DNA of 64,000 nucleotides from Pseudovirgaria hyperparasitica (Eukaryota). The stretch lies in the NCBI GenBank assembly GCA_010093815.1, contig ML996585.1. One strand, written 5' to 3'. Shown here one piece after another: positions 27,500 through 41,484 of this stretch. The translations under genes were made by a program, and so were the position numbers. Position 1 is the stretch's first letter. Every line of letters starts with the position of its first letter. The notes below the pieces were generated by a model. The model was not told where the DNA came from. It worked only from the letters and a program-made list of their open reading frames with translations, and made no database searches.

Positions 27500-30150
27500 C
27501 TAACTAATATCCTTCTATACCTACGTCTAAAGGTAGATAAAAAGTACTACTATTAGTCTATAGAAAAGATTTAGATATAAGTAAATATTAAACTAGCTAA
27601 CTAACTATTCTATATAGATCTATATAATATAATAGCGGACTAGATAGATTCTAAGAATTTTCCTAGCTTATTAAAAGCTTTTCTACTAATTCTTCTAGAA
27701 TATATAGTAAAAGAATACTCTTTATTATTAGCTCTATCTATATAGATCTCTAGTAATAGACTAGTAGTAGATAATTTCTCTATAACTAAATAATAGTACC
27801 TATTAAAATATAATTTATAGCTATTTTATATAGATTATTCTATTAATATTATAGAGAACTATATAACTTAGCTATCTATAAATATCTAACTATCTAACTA
27901 AGTAAAATTACTAATTATTATAATAATAGAGTAATAGATTATAAGAAAGGGTAAGGTTAGTATCTACTAGCCGGCCGTATTCTTAAAAGAAGAATAGTTT
28001 TAGAATAGATATCTTCTATATAGAGCCCCTAGTATTTTAAATAATAAGGTTATAATTATCTTTAATTAATTTATACTTAGTAGAGTAGTAATATTACTAC
28101 TATATTATTAGTAGATACTAGAGAAGACTTATTCTAAGCCCTAGGTAATTAAAGATAAGCTACTTATAGTAAATAAAACTAACTATTATACTTAGATAGT
28201 ACTCTTAGATATTAATCTAGTATATAGATATAAAGATAATAATAGCGGTATCTTAGCTAAGTAACTATTAAAGATTATAAGTACTATATAACTAACTATA
28301 AAGAGTCTAGTAGATAATCTAATTATAGTATAATCTTAACGATTAGATTATATATATACTATATTACTTATATTACTAACTACTATTAATAATTTAGACT
28401 TTAGCTTACTATATAGTTAGTTAAGTAGATAGCGAACGAACTTAGATAGCTTAGTACTAAATATTAGTAATCTATTACTTTTCACGCCTAAATTAAGTTA
28501 TATAATTAATTTTAAAACTAGTATATAAAGATTTAATCTAATTATAATTCTATAGAAAGATTAGCTAGATAATAAGAAAGCGACTATATTAGATATCTAT
28601 ATATATAACCTTAATATAGTTAAAAGAATTATTAACTAATTAATCTAGACTAATATCTATCTTACTAATATCTACTAATAGCTATATAATACTATCTTAT
28701 TAATTAAGATAAATATAGTTAATTAGAGAACTATAGTAGCTATCTAGGTATAATTTTTAATATTAGTACTAATAGCTACTAGAAATAACTTATATATAAT
28801 ACTTCTTAAGTAAGCTAAAACTCTCTATAAACTTATTAGTAATAAAGATATTAATCTAGTTAAAAATAGATATAAGTAATCTATATTTAAGTATACCCTT
28901 TTAATAACTAAAGACTCCTTTAAAGTTAAGAGTAACCTAGATATATATATTATATTATTCTAGGATTTTTAGTAGAAATTAAGTACTACTAAAAAGATAT
29001 AGTCTTAATAGAGTAGTTATAGAAAGTCTAGTTTTTAAAAAACCATCTATTAAGAAGGAGCCTTCTATTATCTAATCTAAGCTTATAAAGAAATAACTTA
29101 TTATCTTATTAGATAAGAAAGAAATTAATAGTAATTTTACTATAGTATAGCCCTACCTAGTTCTTAAGATAACCTTAACCGCCTTAAAAATATTATCTTA
29201 GTTATTTTAATAAAAGTCTAAGTAGTCTAATTTAGTTAACTATCTAGGTCTTCTATCTAGTCTAAGTAAATTAGCTTATTCTCTAGCTAACTATAGAGAA
29301 CTAGAATAGTACTTATACTAGATAGATAAGCTAATTAAGTAACTAGGGCCTCTAGAGGAGATAGTTAACCTTCTTAAGTCTATAAAGTTAATTTATAAAT
29401 ATAGTAAGTATACTATAAGATTATTTAATAACGAAATTAGTAAGTATATATAAAAATATCTAAATTAGATCTATAATACTAAATATAAGCTCTATACTAA
29501 GAAGTTAATACTAAAGTAAATAGTTAAATACCACTAGAATATCTACTACTATTATAGCTTTAGACTTAAGAATACTACTATAGCTACTTATAGTTATAAG
29601 TAGTATAAATCTTACTTTACTAAACTACTACTAAATAGACTATTATATTATAAGATATACTAAAAGATTATAAAGCTAGTTTTTCTAGATAATAACTCTA
29701 ATAGCGCGTAAGGTAAGACTATAATAACTTTATATAAACTAACTTATATACTATCTACTAGTAAGATACTATAAGTTAACTAGAATAATAATTAAGATAT
29801 TAAGGTTACTAAGCTACTAGCTAAGTAATAAGGTTACTCTAAGGGGACTATAAAGTATATTACGCCCGCTAAGAAACTCTCTAATATTAGTTTAGTAGTA
29901 GATTAACTATACTATAGTATCTATAAAGATATAAACCCGCGCCTAGCTAAGCGTTATATATAAAGTTACTAAGAATAATAGTAGGTTTTCTTAAATTCGG
30001 GTATCTTATTATAGCTATAGTAGTAGTATATATTATATATCATTACTATAGATACTAGCAAACCGGTTAGATATATAAATATAACCGACCGGATACATAG
30101 ATAGAAAATAGTATACTTTATAACTAATTTAACTTAACTTATTAATAATC
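27500..30150 (+). pseudogene. Long RIP-destroyed ORF, candidate DDE transposase (DUF6589-like)
   Basis: Five motif-like blocks in one frame: NLDTVEGI (28607), VDQGT (28718), EGAFH (29054), GD (29843), PDTQMEN (30089). Family assignment is from recalled motifs only. Start approximate. Confidence 0.4.
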
Positions 30151-30503
30151 TTAATTATAATATAAAGGTTTAATAAGATATAGTTATAGAGAGAAGGGAG
30201 TTTTTCCTTTTATAAAGGTTTCTTCTTATATAATAGCTTAGACTAGAGAAGGTATACGCCTATAGAGTAAACTACTCTACCTAGTTATATAATATTATTA
30301 TTATTATACTTTATAACTAATTTAACTTAACTTATTAATAATCTTAATAATAATATAAAGATTTAATCAGATATAGTTATAGAGAGAAGGGAGTTTTTCC
30401 CTTTATAAAGGTTTCTTCTTATATAATAGCTTAGACTAGAGAAGGTATATATCTATAGAGTAAACTACTCTACCTAGTTATATAATAATATTATTATTAT
30501 TAT
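30112..30503 (+). repeat. Tandem pair of ~193-bp units, each ~38 bp of flanking sequence plus a LINE 3' end with (TAT)n tail
   Basis: Units start at 30112 and 30305. The latter ~155 bp of each matches 25575-25730. Confidence 0.85.
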
Positions 30504-30790
30504 AATTTTAAGGGTTCTAGATATAAAGATATAGTTTCTCTTTTATTTTTCTAGACCTTAATAATCTTATTCTTCTCTATTATAAGATTAGATTCTTCTT
30601 TCTTATCTAGTTATAGTCTAGTTACTAATACTTAGATTCTATAGATAAATAATATTATCTACTACTAGAGCTATACCCTAGCTAGTAAAGACTATACTAA
30701 CTAAGTAGTAAGTACTAGACTCTATATTATTTATATTAGACTCTACTAATTTATCTAGTTAAACTAAACTTACTCTTATACTTATTATAT

Positions 30791-30880
30791 TAAAAACTTC
30801 TTATACTCTAAGAGACTAAAACTAGTTAATTTAGGGCGATATAGTAATCTATATATATTAATTAATAGAGTATACTAAGT
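30791..30880 (+). mobile_element. LINE 5' end fragment abutting a 10-N gap
   Basis: Matches 12390-12465 and 31000-31086. Confidence 0.7.
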
Positions 30881-30890
30881 NNNNNNNNNN
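30881..30890. other. Assembly gap
   Basis: Run of 10 N. Confidence 1.
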
Positions 30891-31095
30891 AAGATATATA
30901 TACTCCCTATTACTAATATTCGACTATTTAGCTTTTCTTTATATTTATAGACTTCTATAGGTATTAATTAATAGATATAGTTATTGAAGAATCGAAAAAA
31001 AAACCTCCTATACTCTAAGGGACTAAAATTAGTTAATTTAGGGCGATATAGTAATCTATAGATATTAATTAATAGAGTATACTAAGTATAATAAC

Positions 31096-31100
<5 letters not shown>

Positions 31101-31135
<35 letters not shown>
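31101..31135. repeat. (AT)n microsatellite in the LINE 5' UTR
   Basis: About 17 units, against about 5 at the homologous site 12481-12491. Confidence 0.9.
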
Positions 31136-31138
<3 letters not shown>

Positions 31139-33749
31139 TATAATATATAATAGTACTAATATATAGAGATACTATATATATATACTTAAAAACTCTTTAG
31201 AGTAGTAAGTATAGACTAATACTAATAGATACTAATATACTAACCCCCTTTATTAGTTAAGGGTAGCCCTTAACTAATAATTATAGCGGCCTTAGATACT
31301 AATATACCCTAGCTTCTACTAGGTATATCTCTACTACTAGTATAATAGAAATAGCTATATAGTAGTATATTCTAGAATAAGTAAACTACTATCTAGAGAA
31401 TAAAGAATAACTAAGAATATAAAATACTATAGATAACTAAGATAGAGGGGACTCTACTTAGAGATACCCTTATAGATAAGATTAAATACTAGATAGTATA
31501 TATAGAAAGAAAGATTAAGAAGAGAGAAACTACTCTTCTTAATATCTTCTAGAGTCTAGTCTAGAATATCTAAGAACTTACTATAGAAGTAAAGCGGGTA
31601 CTAGAGTTAAACCTAGAATCTAGACTAGACTAGATTAAGGCTAGTCTTTTAAAGATCTAGGTAGGCCTTAACTAGGAAAAATACTCTACTATATAGATAT
31701 AAGTTATTATACTAATAGATAGTATAATAAAGATAGCTTAAATACTAAGAATATCTAAGGGAGAAGCGTATTATTATAGACTTTAGCTTTATCTTATCTC
31801 TAGTATTATATAATAGAGCCGGGATAGATAAAACTAGTATAGAGGTATTATATAATCTTACTTAATACTATACTTAAGCTATAATCTATATAGACTTACC
31901 TCTACTTCTTAAGTTAAATTATAATATATCTTAATTACTATTATAGTAATACCTTAGTTATATCTATTATATCAATTTAACTTTAATTATCTCTTTCTAT
32001 ATATAGTCTTATAGTATAAGATAGTCTTAATCTATAAGACTCTAATCTAATATAGTAACTCTCTAACTTCTTCCTTAGCTTTTAGAATAAGATATAGTCT
32101 ATCTATAAGTCTATTACGGCCGTCTAAGTAGTAAGCGAGTCTTAGATATCTAATATTAAATATAGTATCTATATAGCTCTATAATATATTAATACCTATC
32201 TTCTTATAGTTAAGTTATATAGCTATACTTCTACTATATTAATCTATAGTAACTTATCTCTACTCTAGCCTAATTCCTCTCTAGTAGTATTCTAATATCT
32301 ATATAGATCTAAACTAGCCTTTTCTACGCGTACTCCTACCTTACTACTATCTATACTATATATTATACTTAACTAGCCTTCTAAGAGAAAGTCTCTCTCC
32401 CTTAGTAATCTATATAATAGATCTAAGGCTCTCTTTTATATATAGTCTATTATAATATAGTATAAGATTACCTAGAATACTAACTTTATTAGTATCTATA
32501 GAGACTAGATAGCTCTTATCTAGACTAATCTAGTATCTAAGATATAGAGAGGGATTAGTATAGTATATTCTACTAGAGAGCTAAATAGTAACTAGAATCT
32601 ATATATATTTCTAGACTATCTTAAATTCTAGTTTAGAGATATATATACTAAAGAGTAGACTCTCTAATAGTTAAATATAATTATATAAAAGATAAAGAAA
32701 CTATTTATAGAGTACTTTATATAGTTCTATACTACTCTCTAGAAGACTAGAGAGATATACTAGACTAATAACTAGAAGCTTATATAGCTCTAGAATAGCC
32801 TTAACTAAGAGACCTAGGTAGTAGCTCTAAACTAGGGCCTTCTAGACTAGTATAAGGCCGCTATAGACTATCTTAGAGATATTAGTATAGATATAGAGTT
32901 ATTCTAGCTCTATACTAGATAAGAAGCTATACCTTAAAATAGATCTAGTAAGAATAAAAATAGTAATATAATAATATTAGTAGTTACTATAAAGATTATT
33001 AAGATAAAGAGTAAGAAGTAAACTATATTACTAATAGTAAAGAGTAAGAATAGAGTTAAGAAGAAAGAGTCTTCTTTATAGATTCTAAAGGACTTATTCT
33101 AGAAGTACTATATAGTAGGTATATATATCTAGTATAGCTAGACTAGCTACTAATACTAGGGCTATCTAAATACTATTAATATATAAGCGCTTAAGGTTAT
33201 AGCTCTAGTCTAGAATAATACTAATTCTAACTCTAAGATAGGGGAAGTATAGTTCTTTACTAAAGTCTAGGTTAGAGAATATTATAATATTTAGTAAGAA
33301 ATAAAGCTATAGATAATCTAGATAATAGCTCTAACCTAGAGAATAGTATATCTACTTAGGTTATAGATAGACCTCTATCTATTATATTACTATTTCTCTA
33401 GAATAGAAAGTATATAGATATCTTAGTAGATATAGAGTATAAGTATTTTATAGTAGTTAGTCTATCCCTGTTAGGGCTGACACTAGGATAGACTCAACTA
33501 GAATACTATAGTCTAGTACGGTCCGTGACAGGTGGACCTAGGGTAAGTTAGCTAGAATAAGCGAGACTACTATATAAGTAGGCCGCATATACTTAATTCC
33601 TACTCTTTAGGAATTAACCTCGTTAGGAGAGTAGACTACCCTTTTAAATATATTCCCGAATCCTCCTATGACCTATTAGACTACTATTCTACGTCTATAA
33701 TCCTTATATTTTGATTCCTCTTTATATAGCACGACGGTAGTTTATAGAA

Positions 33750-36700
33750 ATGGCTCTAACCACTCGTTATAATACTCGTGGCACCGCCTCTTATAGTAGA
33801 CCTTCTCCTAACCTAAACGAGGAGAATAGTCTACCTATAACTACCCCCACCGATAACTATACCTTATAGACTATCGCACCGATAACTCGCATAATATTCC
33901 GTGTAACTATAGAAGATGTTATAGAATATAAGGATAGAGTCTATTATACTCTATCTTAGTCTAGTTTAAACTATACTAGACCTAACCTTAATATAAGGCT
34001 AGACCTTATTAACGTTAACGAGTTAATCCGTTAGAATCGCCTAACGTTAACTATATCTTATAATAACGTATATACTAGACTACACGAAGAGAGGTAACGA
34101 TAGGTTTAACTCGAGTAATAACTACACGAACTCGACGAAGCTTAAGGACGCACTACGAGACTTAAAGCTATATTACGCGCTTTAGTTCTAGTAACGACTA
34201 ATCTATATTTACATGAACCTATACTAACTAAAACGATCCATTCTAGTCTACTACTATCCTAATTACCCCGACCTAAGAAACTACCTTACTTTGATAGTAA
34301 AAGTAGAAAGAGTTTCTATATATAGGCTTACTAATATAGCCGATTCTTCTATCTATTCACGAACGATAGTAATAAAATTAGATTCGCCTAGAACTACCTT
34401 AACCCGACGCCTTTAGAACGTTAGATGGTATACCGAATCGAATATTCTAAGGATACCTATAACTAGGACACGTTCACCGAATTTCTCCTCTAATATTTTA
34501 GCGATAGGGCTAAATAACGCGACTAGGCCTAGGGCTATATCTTTAAGACTCGATAACGAGATAATTAGTTACCGTTATAACTCCTTAAATACCTTCGGCC
34601 CCTCTAGAGAGAAGCCGAAGAAGATTATATAATTCGATAGTACGACGACTTTAAACAGTCCCTTACCCTAAATATAAAGAACCGTCTCGACCTTATAACG
34701 ATAATCCCTATAGACCTCTAAGCTCTTATAAACCTCGCGGAGCGATACTAGCGTATAATAAATAATTAACGCCGCGCTAGTACATGACTATCCCTAACGA
34801 TCCAATCTAACGTAAAATCATCTAACTAAAACCGATTTGGTAATAGATCTCGCGGGACGTTATAAGGCTACTACCACGCCTTAAATTTAAAACCACGCGG
34901 ATTGTATCGTGGATCTCTCTACTAATCGATATATTAAGATACAAGGACCGACTCGCATAAACGACCTAAAGTTACTTACTACACCTATAGTAGAATAGGC
35001 TATATAGTACCTAAGTACCGTTTAGAGAAGCCACCGAGTACTAATATAACTAACTAACTAGTTATATGCTATAAGTGCTAGTAGCTAGGACATATCGCGC
35101 CTAACTACCTAGCATAGAACATAAAAAACTAATAGCCTATGAGAAACCCTTATGACTTATAGGCGCGACTATAATAGAGGGGTAATCCGCTAAATAGTAT
35201 ATCGAACTATAGGCTAGACCTATCGAGGTCCCTCGTAGATAATATTAGACCGTAATACTTAATAGCGGTTTAGCTACTAACGTTATATTAACTTAATGAG
35301 TACGAGAACTTAACGTCGATATTTAAGCACTAATAGGTACTACCTTCTATAGTATCGATAGTCCTATTAAATTGTAGGGTACCTATACTATTAAATATAG
35401 TATCTAGGACAGCGGGGGGAAGTGGAAACCCTACTACTTAACCTTTATCGTGGTAGACAGTCCCTTCGACATGATCCTTAGTATACTATAGCTTAAAAAA
35501 TATAACCCGAAACTAGACTTCATCTAGAAAACAGCTGGCTAGCGCATGTACCTACTATAATAGAACCTAGTATAGCTAGTCAATGACGAATAATTCTAGA
35601 AGGACTACGAAAAGGTAATCTCCGCTATCTATATTCTCTTACTTACTTAAAATAGAGAGCTTAGTATTAAAGTGGACGAAAACCTACTATATTAGTATAA
35701 AATGTACTAATATATCGCGTTAGCGATTGACTCGTCCGAATTACCTTAATACTAATCTACTAACCTTACTATTAACCTTAAAGACGGTTAATAACCCCTA
35801 CACGGACCCATCTACCCTCTATTAGAACCCGAGCTATAGGTCCTCCGAGAATATATCGAAAAGAACCTTACGCGAGGATGGATTAGGCCTAGTATATCTC
35901 TAGCCGGAGCTCTAATCCTCTTTATAAAGAAGAAGAATAGGAGTCTCCGTCTATATATTAACTACTATAGCCTAAATAATATCACGCGAAAGAATCGTTA
36001 TCTACTATCTCTTATCTCCGAGTCTATTAATAGACTAGGGCGCGTAAAGATCTTTACTAAGCTCGATCTACGCGACGCCTACTACCGCCTATATATTAAG
36101 AAGGGCGATAAGTGGAAAACGGCGTTTAGAACCCGTTATAGATACTTCGAGTATATAGTGGTCCCTTCTAGACTAACTAACGCGCTAGGAACCTTCTAAG
36201 CGTATATTAATAACGCGCTAGTAGGCCTACTCGACATGACGTGCATCGTATACCTTAATAATATCCTTATCTTCTCTAATAACGAAGAAGAACATATCTA
36301 GCACGTACGCGTAGTCCTAGATAGACTAGAAAAATATAAGCTATATATTAAGCTATCTAAATGCGAGTTCCACTAGAACCACGTTAACTTCCTTAGCTTC
36401 GTTATTACTAATTAAGGTATAACTATAGAAAGGGATAGAGTCGCTACTATCGTGGACTAGCCTAAACTAAAATCAGTTTAAGATATACGTGTCTTTATTA
36501 GATTCGCTAATTACTACCGAAAATTCGTTAAGTACTTCTCCCGTTTAGCCGCACTACTTAATGCGCGTACTACTACTACCGACTCGTCTATTACGGTCCG
36601 TGGTAGATAGAAATAGCGTAATATTAAATTATAACCTATTAAATTAACTAAGGTCGAAAGAACATCCTTCGAGAAAATTAAAGAGGCATTTATAACTACT

Positions 36701-38990
36701 CTATTACTAGTGTACTTCGACCCGACTAAACCTATCCACATTAAAACTAACGCGTTAGAATTTATAATCTTAGGTATTCTCTCCTAGCCTAGACTAACTA
36801 AGTCTAAAAAGGTCTAATGGTATCTAGTTACGTTCTTCTTACGCAAAATAGTTAATGTTAAGACTAGATATACTATCTATAACCAAGAGCTACTAGTAAT
36901 AGTAGAGTCGTTTAAATAGTGGCGATATTATCTTAAAGGTACTATATATAACGTTAAGTTACTAACTAATTACTATAACTTAAAGGGGTTTATAAGTACA
37001 ACGGTTTTAAACCGTCGATAGGTCTAATAGGCTAAGTAGCTTACGAACTTTTACTTTATAATCTACTATTAACCTAGAAGTATAAACCTAGCTAATAGAA
37101 TATTAAGAAGACCTAACTATAAAGAAGGCGCCTAGGATTATAGTAGCTATAGGGTCCTAGAGTAGCTATAGACCTAACTCTTAAGGACGAGGTTGGATTT
37201 TAAGCTATTAGGCGATTAGCGAGATACTAACGTCAATACTAGTAATCGAATCTCTAAGACCAAAGCCAGTAACCAAAGACGCGGTACCAAAGTCCCTAGT
37301 AGGCCGTTTATTAGCGCTATCGGGAAGGACGATAATACCCGGCGTAAATATCTAATTAACCTCGCCTAGTTAATCGTGGATCTATAGAAGATAGACCTAA
37401 TAGTTTTAAAGTTACGTAAAATATAGTAAGATAGGTTATTATAGACTAAAGTAGACTATAAGTAGACCTTCGTGGACGGCTTACTTTACTATAATAGAAA
37501 GTACTATATACCGACGGGTAACGCGCGATTTAACGTAGTTAGCCAATACCATAACGCTAACCTAGTAGGACACTTTAGATATATACGTACCCTAAGCTTA
37601 ATTCATTAGTACTATTTTTAGAAAGATATACCTAAGTACATCAAAGAATAGATAGCTACTTATCCGATTTATCAAAGAACGAAGGCCCCTAGGCACAAGC
37701 CATATAGGAATTTACAGCCTCTTTCAGCCCCCCTCTTTATATAGAAAGACGTTACTATAGACTTTATAGTTAACTTACCTCTAAGCGAGATACTTAGAAT
37801 AAGTTATAATTCTATTCTTATTATCGTAGATAGACTTATAAAGATATCTAGGTACATCCTAGTATAGAAGACGATTACATCTAAAGAACTAGCGTAGGTA
37901 TTCTAGAATAAGATTATTAAGGTCTATGGTATACTAAAAAGGATCGTTATAGACTAAGGAAGTACCTTCACGTCTAAATTCTAGACATTATTCTACGAAA
38001 TAGTAAGTATAAATAGAAACATGTCTATAGTATTTTATCCTTAGACGGATAGCTAGATAGAGCGATAGAACTAGACGCTCGAGGCCTACCTACGCGTATT
38101 CTATAATTTCGAGTAGGATGACTAGGCCTCCCTACTAAGTATAGTAGAGTTCATATATAATAATAGTTATTATAGTATAATAGGTATTATACCTTTCTAG
38201 GCGAACCTCGGACGTAGTCTAAGGATAGGTTTTAAGCCTTAGACGGTCTAATTTAATCGAATAACAGACGTGAACGTCCACGCTTAGGAATTAGTAATTA
38301 AAATCTTCGAAACCGCACGTAACTATCACGCTATAATCTAATAAGTAAACGACTCGTATACGAAGTACTATAATAGGTTAGCTAAGGATTAGATATATAA
38401 GGAGGGCGACGAGGTCCTTCTTAATATCTATAATATATAAACATCGCGAGTAAATAAGAAGCTCGATTATAAAATGGCTAGTCCCTTCCGAATTAAACGT
38501 CGTATCGGTATAAGAGTCTACGAGCTCGACTTAGGAAGTAATATAAGAATCCATAACGTGTTCCACGTCTTACTACTCGAAAGATTTCGACCTAACGTGT
38601 ATGGCCGCACGAACGTGTAGTTATACTCTATTATACCCTAAGATAGACTAGACGTATTCGAAGTGGACCATATTATCGAATATAGGATTAATAAAGACGG
38701 TATTTAGAAATATAGAATCCGTTAGAAGAACTATACTAAGGACGAGGACACCTAGGAACTAGCGGTATACATCTTAAGTTCTATAATAACTACGTATAAG
38801 TAAAAGATATAGAATAGCGTATTATTAATATAAGTATAGCGACATCGCGGTCGTCGTAAAAAGAAGAAGAATACCGTAGAGAACGAAGTATCGAATCACG
38901 AATTCTAAACGCATACTAGGAAAACTCTATAAGGCAGCCCTATAATTTAAGCGATACATGGTTACCAAACGCGAAGAAAACGTAAACAAC
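33750..38990 (+). pseudogene. A3 gag-pol relic
   Basis: ATG at 33750. Colinear with A1/A2. AAAAAAC at 35123-35129. Confidence 0.92.
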
Positions 38991-39447
38991 CGTTATAGGC
39001 ACGCGACACGACACATTATAATAGAATAACATAGAGAAGTCTAGAATGGACTAACATGGACCATTGTACACGAGAAGAATATAGGACTAAGAAACCAAAA
39101 AGGTACCCTACTACGGAATTGAACTCGTGATATATAATATAAAAGGTTAGAGTACCCGAACTAATAACTACTAGGCCACTAGTTCGGGTGCTCTAATATA
39201 ATTTAGAGAGATAAACTAATTTATATACGATGCCTATACTTAAGTAACTTAAAGGAAATTAGAACCTAAAATTTAATAGTTATAGAATAAATAAGAACGC
39301 ACATAATATTATTAAGTTAAGAATTAAATTACTAGAAAACTAGTAGATAGGTATCTAAACGGTCCAAAAAGGACCAAAACGGATAGAAACTAGGTAGATA
39401 GAGCCAACACACACCATATAAAAACCCTAGCAAATAGAGCCATAGAG

Positions 39448-40752
39448 CTACTCCTCCATCTTATTATTACTCTTAGAGCGTAGCGAATAAACTAACTAAG
39501 TAATAGAGTAACGGAGGTTAGAGACCTTATCCTCTAGAGTAACCACGCGCTTAGTTAGAGCCTAGTAAGACGACGACTAAGCGCTAGAGCGGAGCGACTA
39601 GACCTAAAGTTAGCTAACGCGGTCTAGAATAATCTAGAATAGAATATATACCCTCTTACGAGGCGACTTAGAGGGAGAAATAGTAGACCTCTTATAAGAT
39701 CTATTAGTAGCGCGAGATAGACGGGGGGGGGATAGAGCGAATCCTCTCTACGGCCTCTATAGCTAGGATAGACTCCCTAGAATAGGTAGCCTAGGCGCTA
39801 GGGATCTCGCGGCGGCTAGAAAAATCAATAGGTATTAAAAACAATTAACGTGCTCGTAACTTATACTTTAATAACCTCTAGAAAGAGCTTATAGCGCTCC
39901 CTAAACTCCCTCTATATAGTAGATAGATAGCTATAAGGACCCCCGAGGGTCTTACGGACGCGAAGGTCGTTATATATATCTTATATACGCATAGGAATCT
40001 AAGAATGTATTAGCATAGACTACTTTAGATTATACTAGATTAAGATAGCCTATTATACTTACCTATAGATAAGTCTTACTAGTTACGGTATAGCGGCGGT
40101 AGTAGGTAGGGAGCTTAAAGATTATGCGTATAGGCCTATCGCGGTTAGTAGAGTAGTAGCTAATACTAGAGTTAGAGCGGAAGAGATATTTAGAGCCGGT
40201 AGCGTAAGCCTTAATATACTTAAAGTATATTAAACCGTAGTTCGCTGTTTTCCTATGGCGTAAACCGTAACTACGTTTAGTATCTTCGGCGACCTAGACC
40301 TTATTATTACTAGGGCTAGGTTTAGAGCGAATATTAAGGTCCTAAAAGGACCTAGAGCGACTAAGTTAGTCTATATTAGATCGAAAAGAGAAATAGCGTT
40401 TAGAGCGAGGCGGCAAAGGCATGAACTCTCGATTATTATCTATAACGAGATCTTCTTCATCCTCTAAAGGAGGTAGAGTAGATAGGCGGCGCGAGTAGGT
40501 GTAGGTAGACTTTATAGCTACCTCTTCCGCAACACCAGTACTAGAATTACCTAGATTAGAGCGACTAGTGGCCACGTTAGTGATAATAGTAGTAGTAGCC
40601 TTAGCTACCTTCTTCTCTAACTTAGAGCGTGTCTTTATACTACTACGATAAGTGGATTTTTTAGCTAGTATAGCTAGGGTAGAGATAATCCCTTTAGAGT
40701 AAGTCTTGCGAGAGAAGGAGATAGGCTTAGGAATAGGACTAGTATTAGATAT
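39448..40752 (-). pseudogene. Antisense spliced accessory gene of A3
   Basis: Contains the supplied ORF 40366..40575. Exon 1 is 690 nt and exon 4 is 150 nt (net -6 and -3 nt versus A1, frame preserved). Intron 40062-39999 has GTAAGT. Confidence 0.8.
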
Positions 40753-41484
40753 CTATATATATACGTTAGCTAGAGATCTAAGAGTGGAATACTCGTTCAG
40801 CCTTAAAGGCGATTAAAAAAGCTAAATTAGTAACCATAATAACGCGAATAGATTATATAGGACCAGCTCTAACGAAAATAGACTACTCTAGACCCGAACG
40901 GATCTAAACTAAAGGAGATAGTATACGAATTAACGACTTACCTTAAGAGTAAGGTAGATATACTAGAGAAGAAAATTCAGAATAAGAGAACTAAATATAA
41001 GCTTAGTTAATATAGCGGTCACATAACCCGCGGAGCTACCTCTAAGGTAGTAGCCATGAAGTAAGGGATGAGCGCGTGTATAAATAAAAGTGAACTAGAG
41101 CTTAAGTTTACTAATATAAAGACTATCGATAACGTTATATGGATTTAATTAGATACGCGTATAAACATAACGCTTATAGAATTACGGATTTATATATAGC
41201 TAAGTACTTCGGGGCGAAGCATAAAAAGAAGAAGGATATTATTAGGGCTAATACTAGGATGGACTTAACTAGAATACTATAGTCTAGTACGGTCCGTGAT
41301 AGGTGGACCTAGGGTAAGTCAGCTAGAATAAGCGAGACTACTATATAAGTAGGCCGTACACACTTAATTCCTACTCTTTAGGAATCAACCTCGTTAGAAG
41401 AGTAGACTACCCTTTTAAATATATTCCCGAATCCTCCTATGACCTGTTAGACTACTATCCTACGTCTACAATCCTTACAATCCC

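Larger units (their letters stand above)
33469..41479 (+). mobile_element. Full-length Ty3/Gypsy copy A3 (subfamily A', diverged LTR; 8011 bp)
   Basis: 240-bp LTRs at 33469-33708 and 41240-41479 with intact outer TG...CA. TSD ATCCC at 33464-33468 and 41480-41484. Confidence 0.97.

Noticed and set aside
30504..30790. Possible start of another transposase ORF (de-RIP 'MDEQYHLPPE...')
   Set aside because: Too short and degraded to assign.
30791..31090. Apparent duplicated LINE 5' end
   Set aside because: The two copies straddle a 10-N gap, so they may be separate loci or a scaffolding artefact.
36514..36741. Supplied 75-aa minus-strand ORF
   Set aside because: Antisense to A3 pol; a chance open frame.
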